From Paraphysomonas bandaiensis (taxonomy: Eukaryota; Protista; Chrysophyceae): a DNA stretch of 64,000 nt. Positions 12,571-24,373 of this stretch are shown here, one piece after another. A program made the position numbers and the translations under genes. Location of the stretch: NCBI GenBank assembly GCA_965644295.1, contig CBFFRP010000281.1:482386-546385 (forward strand), in the 5' to 3' direction. The notes below the pieces were generated by a model that was not told the DNA's origin, ran no database searches, and saw nothing but the letters and a program-made list of their open reading frames with translations. Position 1 is the first letter of the stretch. Each line of letters opens with the position of its first letter.

Positions 12571-13693
12571 AAAAACAGAGAGCGAAAGTTGTTGCACCTT
12601 GATGATGCTTGCGGTGGCACACACACAAGCAGCTTTTGTAGCGCTAGATAGTAGATATCAGAGTTATGCACTACTGCACTACTTGGTACATTTGTTTTGC
12701 TACAACATTAGTCCTGACTCCGACACCCCTATTGCTAATAATCAGATATTTACTACTTGATGTAGCTCTCTGGAAGTGAATTATAGAGAACATAGTTAGT
12801 AATTGGTATTCTAAGTTAGTGATTTAAGTTTTCTACGATGGCACTTGTGGTTCGTATTGGCAGAATAGCGTTTGTTCATTTATATATGCGGGCAATTTGA
12901 AATACACGTACTTGTATTATATTTTATATTTATCTTTCACCAGTACCTAATTCGTATTTTGTTACAATTATATACCAAAATAAACAATTACACCTATAGG
13001 GTAACGAATAAGATACACAAAGAATTTGAAGTATACCAACTGTTGACTTTGAGTATTGAGTGACATCATGCTTGTAAGTGTGTCTTGATCTGAATAGTGC
13101 AAACAAATATCCTAGTTTTTAACTGCAAATAATATAATCAATGTAAGAAGGCAGGAACCCTGCAATTAACAAAAATGTACTTAATGGTTTGTTACTAAAT
13201 AAGAATTTATATTATATTGATGCACAATCCACGACGCAGCAGTTATGCAATACAAGTTTCACGTTGATATATTTACGTCTATTTTACGTTTACATTTAAA
13301 TTTATGAACACCGTACCGTTTACATTACATTAACATATTTTCTTTTAGGATATTGGTTACACTTTGTCGCTGATAGCTAGAAATTATAATGAACGTTAGC
13401 CAGAAAGATACATACATAAGGACTTACCATGACAAGATAAATCGGAATCAAAACGTTTCAAAGAACCCTGACTAGTCAAACCTCTATAAGCTGAAGAGGT
13501 TTTACTGGATCTATTGATCTATATAAGCAGAGCATTAAACTTATTTTGCAAGTTACTTCAACTTACACTTTCGTCATAGTTGTAAATATCAAAATTTTCT
13601 ACTCGGTTGATTTTCACTAGAAGCATACATTAATATTCTCAGTGGGTAACTTGGTGTAGGCAAGGGTATTGATCCCAATGATTCACTAATCAA

Positions 13694-16600
13694 CTAACCT
13701 TCAGTGCTGAGATCGTCGTCACTAACATTTGACAATATGGACTGTAAGGGCACTGCAGTCGGTAATCCAGTATAACCAGAGTCGCTTCGCGAACGGGGAG
13801 AATCTATGGATATATTATTTTGCATGGATGAGACTGTAGAGCTTATGTCGAAATCATTTTCCTCCTTCATATCTAGTGGCTGTTTTTTACTACCAATGGG
13901 AAGAGCAAATGCCTTAGTTAGACTTGTGTGTGCGGTGTAGACTTTGTTTGAAAAAATAGTTGGTTTAATCCGTTCACCAATAGAATATTCCGTCTTCCTC
14001 CGCCTGCAAACATGTCAGCATCATTAGTGAAACAAATAGAGGCTCCGTACAGTTGTACATTGACTCCCCCTTCGTCCGCAATTAGGCATGCTGGTGAAAC
14101 TTTAGCGCACTTCATATTGTCGCATGAAGGTGACTGCGGTCCGCATTTATCGCTGCAACGGATTATAGGCATTGAGGTTCCACGGCGAATTGCTGGATTC
14201 GGAACTTCACCACAGTCACTATCACCAGAGTCATCCCCTAAACGCATCAATTACCACTACATAAACTAAAACATAGCAGTACCAACAACAGATGGGTTAC
14301 TCAATATACCGCCCGCGTGGAACAATCCATCACCGTCAGCCATGGCCCATAAAAACTCTGCACTCGAAGCATAATTGTGTGTTAATTCGTATGCCCATAA
14401 ATTACCTGAGTACGATATGACACCATCTCCATTCATATCGCATTGATTTAATATATCCTGTATTCTTGCAGCCAATATTGGGTCCACAATGTCCTCCACA
14501 GATGAAACGTCATCTGTACAGACAAAGTACATATGATGGCCATGTACACTGGTAAACACTCCCGCTTACTTTCCCCTATCCGCACGAAACCGCCTTCGTT
14601 ACCTAGCTCCTCTAATTCCGCTCCTTTTCTGAATTTCCTTTCTTTAAGGTTAGCATGCATGTCTTGCGACTGGGAAAAGTCACTCTCTATGGAGGCATTA
14701 CTCTGACTACCGTCTCGAATACCCGTACTACGACCACTACGAAAGGCCACATGAGCCCACGAGGTCAAAGTAGTATGACACTAGCGGTGTGATATACCCC
14801 ACCTTTTAAAAAATCCAATACTCGACATTTTGCTCAACACCCTGGATGTACCACGCTGCAATGCACCTTCCTTATCCTGTTGCTCTTCGTTGCTAAGGCT
14901 ATTCAACGGCCGAGTGCTTCGAGTACGGTGCCGCTTTGCATCAAGCACCCGCAGCAGATCTGCCACTGACAGAAACATGAGATTAAATATAAAAAAATCA
15001 TCTAACATAATGAAACAAATATATCACATCTATCATGAGACACGTACCTGTAATATGACCTTTCTTATCAATATCCAATAGCTCAAAGGCTTTATTCAGT
15101 TCATTGACATCCACTTCTCGAGGATCCATGGTGGCCGCCAGAAATTCAGTAAAAGATATCTGTTTATCATTGTTAATGTCAATTGCTTGAAACAAAGTGT
15201 CAGCATCTTGTGGAGAAAGAGTTTCTTGGGACATATACTGCATAGCGTCCACAAATTCTTCCTTGGATAGAGTGCCGTTATGATCACTGTCAAAGTTTTG
15301 AAAAAGAGTCCGTAAACCATCAGTTCCATTACTCGGCTGGCTAAACACTACAGCGAGCATACTGGTCTTATGCAGAGAAGACATGAATGAAGCACGTCGC
15401 ATATTGCTTAATATGCGGCCTATATCTTCAACAGTAGATGCACGCGTTTTCTGTGTCTCCATATAAAACGACGACGACGGATCGATCCACTCGTGCTCCA
15501 GTGCATCTTTAGCATTCCATCGAGACCTGTGCGCAGAACTTCACTACGTCGCATCTAAAGCCAACTAAACTTTTAACATGCCTGTAGTCGTGATGCATCA
15601 TATTCTGTACAAAATCTATAGCCAATGGTGACACTCTCTTCCACTGCGGGTGGTTGAAGTGGTACCTGTATTACACTATAACATCTACAGCATTAAATGC
15701 CCTTGACGATATCAACCGTACCTGCAGAGTAAAATATTTGTTATCATAGCAGCCCTTCCAGCATTCTCAAGTTCCCCCGGTATATGCAGGATTTCAAAAG
15801 GTCTTCTCCCGCAAATCACAATATAGGCCACCACTCCAGCGCTCCAAACATCACAACGTTCATCGTAGTTCTCTCTGAAGACCTCCGGAGCTGTGGTGTA
15901 TGGTGTCCCACAACGGGTGCGCAGTGGAGTCGCACCAATAAACCGAGTGCCAAATCCGAAATCGATTAATTTAATTTGAGCATTTGGGCTTCCATTCTCC
16001 AGTAAAATGTTCTGAAGTTTAATGTCCCTACGTGTGGATGACGACATAATCTGAGCAATAAATGTCACCTACCGGTGACAGATGCCTCGGTCATGCATGT
16101 GGGTGACAGCCGAAAGCAACTGACGAATCAGATTTTGTGCCTGCTCTTCAGAAACTTGTCGTCCTGACTTACGCTCAACTAGTGTACCCAGATGACCTCC
16201 AGTACACAGCTCCAATACAAACCCCACCTATAATATATTCCAAATCATTCAGAAACAAAATCAAATGATAATATACCTGTTCCAATGTATCATACACAGA
16301 AAATAGACCTACAATATTAGTATGATCAACATCTTTAAGTAATTTGACTTCTCTCTCAATACGATTCGTTCCTTCATTCTTTTTATTCATAAATTTTAAG
16401 GCATATTCATTTCCTGTTTCTTTATGACGACCTAAAACAACTACACCAAAACCACCCCGTCCAAGTACAATATTCTTATCAATAATATAGTGATCTTCAA
16501 TCGGTGTGTGATATGTACGTATGAGATTCCCTCGGAGTGAATTACAATGTTCATCATTCCATTTCTTTCTTGATAATTTCCGTATCTTTAAAAGGTACCG

Positions 16601-16699
16601 TCGACGATGACACTTCCAACATGAGTATACAGTCACTATAAATAATACAGTTAATAATACACAGATAATAACTGTGATTATAGTGGTAGTTGAGGTCAT
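13694..16699 (-). CDS. Calcium-dependent protein kinase (kinase + 4 EF-hands) with N-terminal TM anchor; multi-exon, 3' end approximate
   Basis: GRGGFG, ALK, HRDIKLQN, DFG, CGTPYTTAPE, DVWS; EF loops DSDHNGTLSKEE, DINNDKQISFTE, DIDKKGHIT, DMNGDGVISYSE. Confidence 0.9.
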
Positions 16700-17381
16700 C
16701 TTGATATTATGGATGTGTCATATATATATAGAGAGAGATGTGTTGAGTCCTGTTGTTTAATAGATGAATGGTTGTCATGAGATTGATGTTGAGAGGTTGA
16801 TAGATCAATCTTATCGTGTTATCTCATGGCGTATATAGAGACTATACTCATCAGTTATAGTCCAGTGAATTCAAACCATATAGACCACCACACTGCTACT
16901 ATATATATATACATACAGAGCAGCAGTGTGTATATACATAGAGCAGCAGAGTGTATATATATATGACTGAAAGTACACGTGACGGCATACTGCTAACTGC
17001 TATGGGTGTCGTTATCAGTCCAATCACACCAATTTTATGTCTTCATCCAAAATACTTTAATCTGATTGGATAAAAGTAAACAACTTCATGTAGAAATCAC
17101 CAGCAGCACATATCGTTGAAGATAATTCTAGAATAGGAATTCTAACGTACTGGTGCTGTATGTGTATACGGTATACAGTACTGTACCACCCTCCCGTCCC
17201 GTATACGTATGTCTACATCTCTGAAAAAGATCTCTCGCCTATTCTTTGTTTCTACTTCACATCTCTGTAGAGAATCTGTACGTAATTTTCTATATCTAAA
17301 AGCCCTCAATGTCTTGTAACTAAACCCTTCGATCACTCCACTACCACATCATATTATCAGTACAAATCAATCAATCAATCA

Positions 17382-18031
17382 ATGTCTACCTTTACAGATG
17401 ATACGGATGATTATGAAAAAGAACGGATGGAACGTCAGAGGATGGCAGAGGAAGCAGACAGAGAAGCAGAGAATGAACGTAAGAGATACACATACATACA
17501 TATATAATAAGCCTCATATCACAATAGGGGTAAGAAGATCAAGCTTAAAACTCGAAGATGCGGTCGATATCTCAGTGGTGGATGTGAAGGCAGCGGCTCA
17601 AGAGGAGTTATTAAGAGAAAAAAACAAAAAAGAGGCTGATAAGGCCATTGAAAATGAGAAGAAGAGACGGGTGTCAATAGGTGCTCATTCGGAAGTTAAT
17701 GAAGAACTTGAGAGGTCTCGGAATAGGAAAGAGGCCGACAATGCTGTTGAAGAGGAGCGACAGCGTCGAATGAGTCTGGATGCGAGGGCTACGGCACAAG
17801 AAGAGATGTCACGACAGCAGAATATAAAGGAGGCAAAAAAAGCAGCCGATGTATGCTACTACCATTAAATGAGTTATTTAATATATTGTGTAGGGGGAAC
17901 AGAAACGCAGGGCATCTATCAATCAGCTGTCAGATGCACAGGAAGCTCTACAGCGATTGAGTGGCCAACGCGATGCGGATAAACTTGCTGAGGAAGAAAG
18001 GATGCGACGCATGGCTGAGTCTTCAACATAA
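17382..18031 (+). CDS. Small charged coiled-coil protein built from ~33-aa repeats; 2 introns (~17479-17527, 17851-17893)
   Basis: Spliced frame runs MSTFTDDTDDYEKERMERQRMAEE...AESST*; GT-AG introns restore a continuous repeat pattern. Confidence 0.75.
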
Positions 18032-18789
18032 GAGAAACTAATGTATACCGATCCCGATATATCTGTTCGTCAATTTATTGATGCTACAGTTGTTATGATT
18101 ATCTACATGAGTAGTCTATCCGTTTGTCATACTATCATTGTCGGGAATATCTAATGTCAAAAATAATATATCATAATTGCTGTATTTCGTTATATTTATT
18201 AGGAATCATATTTAAAATATGTTCGCCAACATTCATAAGAGTTTTCTTGTCCTTGCGAGCTTGTTCCATAAACACCATAAACACTACTTGTGGATTTATT
18301 ACATGTGTCATGTATACGTTTTGGCTACTGATATATATTATTGATGGAATCCGTGGTGCAGATATAGAAAGTATAAATATAAAATCTTCTATATATTCTT
18401 ATTTTCAATTCAAGTCTCAAAAAAGTGTATATGTATATATTTACATGAATTGGGTTTGAAGAACACTCAAATTCGCATCAGGAAGAAGTAGACATTCAAC
18501 TTCAATACTCAGCTTGGAAAGGAGAAGAAATAAATCCTTACTTCCATTAGGAATCTGTTGGTGGGCTGTCGCTGTCATTATCTACCGGGTTAATAGTTAA
18601 TATCATGGCTGTGTAACAATCATAGATTGCAAATTGCAATACCAAATACCAACTCATAGTTGTTATTTGTGAATAGTTACACAGGATGTAAATTCATTTA
18701 CTGCCATATGACAGGGCTACGTATCAAATAATTGACTATAGGATAAATGATTTAAGAGATGTTACATAAATATGTTGTGAGAGTAATAG

Positions 18790-19096
18790 TATTAATTTAC
18801 GCTTTTAGTTAGTGCAATATTGACTGATTGATATTATAGGAGATATAGTAAGTTTATGATGTTGTAGCCCTGTGAGTTAGGAACCACGTCATTCACCAAC
18901 ATCAACATTCTGTTCTACAAATCATATCTTTAACAGCTACTATATTTTCAGTTTCTTTGTATACTTGTAATAGCTACTCCTATACTGTAGTCATGTATAT
19001 TCTGTATTTCATTGCTACATAGAATACAGGATAACTACTAGCGATTGACTTTACCAAACTTCAAGTACGCACGTAGGAGTTGGTTGTAGTTCAATA
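18790..19096 (-). repeat. 3' LTR (TA..TA termini)
   Basis: Identical by eye to 23662-23968. Confidence 0.97.
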
Positions 19097-19144
19097 CTCC
19101 CACTCAATGAACATATCAGAATATACTGTGATGAGCAAGTCTAC

Positions 19145-22100
19145 TTAGTGCGATACCATAGTGTGCACATGCTGATAGTGCAGCTTCTCGGACAAGGCTT
19201 TAGTCATCACGTCTGCTGTCATCTCTGCCGTTGGCACATGATTCAGCCTGACGATACAGCCTCCCACTTGCTCTCGAATCCAATGATACTTGATCCGAAT
19301 ATGCTTGGAACGTTTATGATTTACCGGGTTCTGAGCTAGATCAATCGCACTCTTGCTGTCCATATTCAAGATTGTTGGAGACGCATTCTTACTGAGCTCA
19401 AATCCACGAATTCCGAGCTCTGTCATCACCCCTCGTATCCATACAATCTCCTGAATTGCAGCATATGCAGCCATATATTCAGCTTCCATAGTCGACGTAG
19501 CCACTGTTGGCTGCAGTCTGGACTGCCATGCAATTGGAGCACCCCACAGATATACGATATACCCTGTAGTGGATCTGCATGTATCCAGATCTCCGGCCCA
19601 ATCTGCATCAGAGTACACACATAGAGGGTCTTCATCTGTGAAATTAGGAAATATGATACCTTGATCAACTGTATTTTCTAAATACAATAAAGTATGCAGA
19701 GCAGCTTGACATGCAGCGTACGTGGGTCTTGTGGTGAACCGGGAGAGAAGATTTACTGTATATGCCATGTCTGGTCTAGTATGCACTGCCAAATACATTA
19801 AGGCACCAATAACAGATTGATAGGGAAATGCATCAACGTATTCTCTCTGTTTTCGAGTTTCTTCCTCTTTTGCATCCTTGGACAACTTTAGGCCAGGTGG
19901 TAGAGGTGTGGTTGCCTTGCACCGTCTCTTCTTTTCTGACAACAAGTGATTGAATCTGGCCACAACATCTTTAGCATATGCAGACTGATGTAACTTAATC
20001 TGGCCATTATGACGCTCAATGGTAAGACCTAAATAATGCTTAAGGTCCCCCATATCTTGCATGGCATATTGAGTCTTAAAGGCGCTGATGACTTCTTCAA
20101 TATGACGGCTGTCAGAGCTGAGCACAATGATATCATCTACATACACAAGTATCATATGTAGGTTATCATCAGTACCCTTGAGTACAAATAAACATGGGTC
20201 AAGAACACATTGTTTATACCCCATCGCCTTTATACTGTCCTTCAGCATTGAATGCCAATTTCGAGGCGCTTGTTTTAGGCCATACAAACTCTTCAGAATC
20301 TTCAAACAACAGCCTTGTGGAATATCTATTCCTGCAGGTGGAGACATAAACACGTCTTCGTCCAGATCTGCATACGGAAATGCCGTTTCTACATCGAGTT
20401 GACGGAGTTGCAGATTGTATCGCAGAGCCAGTGCTAGTGCTAGCCTAAATGATACACCTTTAGCTACTGGGGAGAATGTCTCATTATAGTCGACTCCTTG
20501 TTCTTGAGTAAACCCTTTCGCCACAAGTCGAACTTTGAACTTCTTAATTTTTCCAAGATGGTCGCGCTTTACTTTAAAGACCAATTTAGATTTTATGATT
20601 TTTCGGTGTTTCGGCCTTCGGACAATCTTCCAGCATGTCCTTCGTTCAAGCTTGTGCACCTCCTTCCTGGTAGCTTCAATCCAGTATGTTCTCTGTGGAG
20701 TCTTCTTTGCTTCTGCCAGCGTCTGTGGCTCTTTAATTGTGCTGTTGGAGGAATCAAGAAACAATGAGACATCGCCGAGGACACCAACGTTAACAATGTG
20801 CCGTTTTTTTCGAGGTCGTTTTTCAGTTCTGGGATTTCGATCTGCCCCACCTGTTGAAGATGCGCCCCGATTTGAGCGGTCAGGAGTCCTCTGTTCATTG
20901 TCACTGTCATTACAAGTCTGATCCAACTCATTTCGCAAACTATTAAACTTGTCGGTCTGACACTTTGTAGAGTGAGTCATCTTTACTACATCTTTGATAT
21001 GAATTGGAGTTTGCTCCTCGGTAGTATTTCCTTTCATATCTAATCTCCTATATGCAACAATGACTCCTCTTCTCTCTATCACTCTGGTGGTAACATAACA
21101 CAGGTGTCCATCAAGATGTCTGAGGCCCACCAGGTACTGATAGTCATTTACACTCTCTGCTGTTTCTGAGGTGTCGATTTGTAGATTATCTATTTCGTCG
21201 AAATACTCCTGTGAACGCTCTGGAATTGACTCATCAAACTGTGCATTGACTGCAACAATAATAGCATTCAGGTCTGGAATATATATTTGGTGTCCAACAG
21301 GTTGTTGACATTGTCCCATATAGTATCCAGGTTTTCCCTTTTCTTTCCACTCTTTGCGGCGCTGCTCCTTCGGCACAATAGCCCATGCCTTGCAGCCCCA
21401 GATCTTCAAGTCACTCACATCTGGTGCGGTTCCAGTAATATACTCAAAAGGTGAGATGTATCCTTTCGTTGTCTTCGTAGGTAACCTGTTGATCAGATAT
21501 ACAGCATGCAAGACTGCTTTGAACCAAAATACTGATGGCATGCCACTATCGAGCAATATAGCAAGGGCCATCTCCTTCACTGTACGATTAGTGCGTTCCG
21601 ATAGCGAATTCATTTCGGGTGTGTCACGTGGAGTCCAAGTAACCTGTACAGTCCTTGTGCTGGTGGTTTCACGTAAGTACTGCCTGACATGTTGCCCTAC
21701 TAGTTCTCCTGCGCCATCTGCATGATATCGTCGTAGTTGCAATCCTTCTTTGACAAGTTGGGTCTCTACCATGTCCTTCATACACTTTAACACTTCACTC
21801 CCAGTCTTGTTTTTCAACCCATAAGCCCATACATGTTTTGCATCACTGTGCTTGAATAGTAACACATGTTTGTAGCCTTCCATCGATGGCGTGTTTAGGA
21901 CTTCCATCGTATCTGCACTGAGCACCCCTCTCTCCTTTGGGTTGTTGTCTAAGTTCATCAACTGGCGTGGAGTCCTGAAGTTCTTTCTCGTGAGTTTCGA
22001 TCGCATGCAGGTATTACATTTGCATATCGTTTTTTTGTGTTTTTTTCTGAAATATTTCTTGTCCAGATTTATTCCATCAACTAGGCCTCGGCGGTCGGAC

Positions 22101-23662
22101 TCAGTCAGTTTATCATAGTTGACATGGCCAAGTCTTTTGTGCCATAGAATTCGCTGGTCATCAAACCCCTGCTCCTCAAGTGCTGCTGAGGATTCTTCTC
22201 CAAGCTGAAGTAAGTCTTCGAGTCGAACTGGATATAATCCATTAACACTTCTCTGTCTAATGAGTGTCTTGTTCGTAGTCTTATTTCGAATGACGACTTC
22301 ATCATTATCGAACGTCACAACACAACCCCTATCTGTGATGCTCTTCATATCTACGAGGTTCTTACTTGCTTCAGGTGCGTAGTACACCTTTTTAAAGCTT
22401 CCTACATCGCCAACACTGTGTATTGACAGTTTACCTTTGTTCGCTGTGGACATCTGCCTATCAGCGCGCTGAAGGTTGGTCATGTGGTTTTTGGAGGTAA
22501 GGATCATCTTGTTGCACCCGCTGTCTAAATAAATAACATCTGACATGCTCTGTGCTAGATTCACCTCTTCTTCCACACATATCATCGATTCGTATCCCGC
22601 TTCATCTTCTGAATCATGTACAGACACTCGCGGTTTCTTCTTGTTCTTGTAGGGTGCCGTTTCCCTTCTAGAGTCTCGCCCCCGTTTAGAACTGACCACT
22701 GCAGCTTTAGCAGTCTTCAAGTGGAAGCAGTCTTTAGTCTGATGGCCTGGGATGTCACATATCTCACACACAGGTAGCTTTGTTTTGTTATCACCCCTGT
22801 TTCTGTGATCTCTATCTTTTCTCTGTGATCTTGTCCCCTTCATCCTCTTTATGACATGCTCTGGAGTCTTGCACTCCCTAGCAAAGTGGCCAAGTTTCTT
22901 GCACTTATTGCATCTGCCCTTTCTCTTGTGCTCTTTCCATTTACTGTCATCCACTGCTTGATTGACACTGTCTTCCCCTGAATTTTGCAACGCATGCTTG
23001 CCGAATGATGTGTTTTCATACCCTTTGATTAGGCTGCTTGCTCTTGCGTATGTCACATCGTTTGCTGTATACAGGCTGTGTGCTAGTTGGGAATATCTCT
23101 TGTCTGTGAGACCTTCCTTTAGTCGAGTGAGCTTGTCGTCTTCCGTGACTTCACGACCTAGATTCTCGAGAATCTTGGCCTGGGCTTCAACGCTGTCGAC
23201 GAACTCTGCTCCTGACTGACTTGAGGTAATCTTCATTGAATTGAACTTTGTGACCTCTGCCTGTACTGTATTCTTTTCAACATTGAGAAATCTCTCTTCC
23301 AGTGCCTGTAGTAACCCTTTTGCTGTACTTCCTTCGTAGAGAGCCGCTGTTGTGCCTGCTTTTGGGTGAGCATTGCACACTTCCATCAGGAAGGAGTACG
23401 CGGTCTCGTTCCGGGTGTTCCAGAGTTTCTTCGCTTTGCGTAGTCGCTTCTTCTGTGCATCAGTCATATGAGCTCCCGCTGGGACTGTAGAGTCTAGATC
23501 ATGAATGTGCCTTGGTTTATCCTTTGAGAGGACAAGATGAGCTCGATTGTGTCTCATGAGGAATGAGGTGAAGAACTTCTTGAATTTCTTGAAGTTCAGT
23601 TCCTCGAAGGGAGGTACCTTTGAGCCTGAGGCGACATTCGTGAAATTTCCATCCGCTGCCAT
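19145..23662 (-). CDS. Copia Gag-Pol polyprotein (2 CCHC knuckles, protease, integrase, RT, RNase H), 1505 aa
   Basis: CNKCKKLGHFAREC, CEICDIPGHQTKDC, YLDSGC, WHKRLGH..CNTC, D-D-E, LYGLKQ, YVDD, SDADWAGD, RSKHIRIKYH; PR-IN-RT-RH order. Confidence 0.98.
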   Translation of the reverse strand: MAADGNFTNVASGSKVPPFEELNFKKFKKFFTSFLMRHNRAHLVLSKDKPRHIHDLDSTVPAGAHMTDAQKKRLRKAKKLWNTRNETAYSFLMEVCNAHPKAGTTAALYEGSTAKGLLQALEERFLNVEKNTVQAEVTKFNSMKITSSQSGAEFVDSVEAQAKILENLGREVTEDDKLTRLKEGLTDKRYSQLAHSLYTANDVTYARASSLIKGYENTSFGKHALQNSGEDSVNQAVDDSKWKEHKRKGRCNKCKKLGHFARECKTPEHVIKRMKGTRSQRKDRDHRNRGDNKTKLPVCEICDIPGHQTKDCFHLKTAKAAVVSSKRGRDSRRETAPYKNKKKPRVSVHDSEDEAGYESMICVEEEVNLAQSMSDVIYLDSGCNKMILTSKNHMTNLQRADRQMSTANKGKLSIHSVGDVGSFKKVYYAPEASKNLVDMKSITDRGCVVTFDNDEVVIRNKTTNKTLIRQRSVNGLYPVRLEDLLQLGEESSAALEEQGFDDQRILWHKRLGHVNYDKLTESDRRGLVDGINLDKKYFRKKHKKTICKCNTCMRSKLTRKNFRTPRQLMNLDNNPKERGVLSADTMEVLNTPSMEGYKHVLLFKHSDAKHVWAYGLKNKTGSEVLKCMKDMVETQLVKEGLQLRRYHADGAGELVGQHVRQYLRETTSTRTVQVTWTPRDTPEMNSLSERTNRTVKEMALAILLDSGMPSVFWFKAVLHAVYLINRLPTKTTKGYISPFEYITGTAPDVSDLKIWGCKAWAIVPKEQRRKEWKEKGKPGYYMGQCQQPVGHQIYIPDLNAIIVAVNAQFDESIPERSQEYFDEIDNLQIDTSETAESVNDYQYLVGLRHLDGHLCYVTTRVIERRGVIVAYRRLDMKGNTTEEQTPIHIKDVVKMTHSTKCQTDKFNSLRNELDQTCNDSDNEQRTPDRSNRGASSTGGADRNPRTEKRPRKKRHIVNVGVLGDVSLFLDSSNSTIKEPQTLAEAKKTPQRTYWIEATRKEVHKLERRTCWKIVRRPKHRKIIKSKLVFKVKRDHLGKIKKFKVRLVAKGFTQEQGVDYNETFSPVAKGVSFRLALALALRYNLQLRQLDVETAFPYADLDEDVFMSPPAGIDIPQGCCLKILKSLYGLKQAPRNWHSMLKDSIKAMGYKQCVLDPCLFVLKGTDDNLHMILVYVDDIIVLSSDSRHIEEVISAFKTQYAMQDMGDLKHYLGLTIERHNGQIKLHQSAYAKDVVARFNHLLSEKKRRCKATTPLPPGLKLSKDAKEEETRKQREYVDAFPYQSVIGALMYLAVHTRPDMAYTVNLLSRFTTRPTYAACQAALHTLLYLENTVDQGIIFPNFTDEDPLCVYSDADWAGDLDTCRSTTGYIVYLWGAPIAWQSRLQPTVATSTMEAEYMAAYAAIQEIVWIRGVMTELGIRGFELSKNASPTILNMDSKSAIDLAQNPVNHKRSKHIRIKYHWIREQVGGCIVRLNHVPTAEMTADVMTKALSEKLHYQHVHTMVSH

Positions 23663-23968
23663 ATTAATTTACGCTTTTAGTTAGTGCAATATTGACTGAT
23701 TGATATTATAGGAGATATAGTAAGTTTATGATGTTGTAGCCCTGTGAGTTAGGAACCACGTCATTCACCAACATCAACATTCTGTTCTACAAATCATATC
23801 TTTAACAGCTACTATATTTTCAGTTTCTTTGTATACTTGTAATAGCTACTCCTATACTGTAGTCATGTATATTCTGTATTTCATTGCTACATAGAATACA
23901 GGATAACTACTAGCGATTGACTTTACCAAACTTCAAGTACGCACGTAGGAGTTGGTTGTAGTTCAATA
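23662..23968 (-). repeat. 5' LTR (TA..TA termini)
   Basis: Identical by eye to 18790-19096. Confidence 0.97.
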
Positions 23969-24373
23969 AATAGTTACAACTGTTCCTTGAAAGTACATTG
24001 TGTGCAACAAAGCAAGGTTATGGTTTACGTGATGAGCAAGGTCAACTTCAGTGTAAAATCCAAATTCTTACACCTTGCTTGGAAGAATTTTACGAGTTGG
24101 TTGGAGGTATACTTTCAGAAAACAATGACTATTGTAGAGAATCACGCATTAGCAAACGTCTGCTGATGAACTGAACTTCTGTCTTCTACACAGGTGTAAA
24201 ATAAACTTGACCAACGACATTTTTTATAGACTAGTAATTAACAATGAACTCATGCTACTGGACAAAGTTAATTAGAAAACCTACTTATGACCAGGTCATC
24301 AGTAAATACGATTATATAGAGATGACACAGAGCGATCAGTGCTATTCTCAATAGTAACGAAGACAAGGAACAT

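Larger units (their letters stand above)
18790..23968 (-). mobile_element. Intact Ty1/copia LTR retrotransposon
   Basis: Identical 307-bp LTRs (18790-19096, 23662-23968), 5-bp TSD AATAG (18785-18789, 23969-23973), PPT TTGAGTGGGAG, single gag-pol ORF. Confidence 0.98.
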
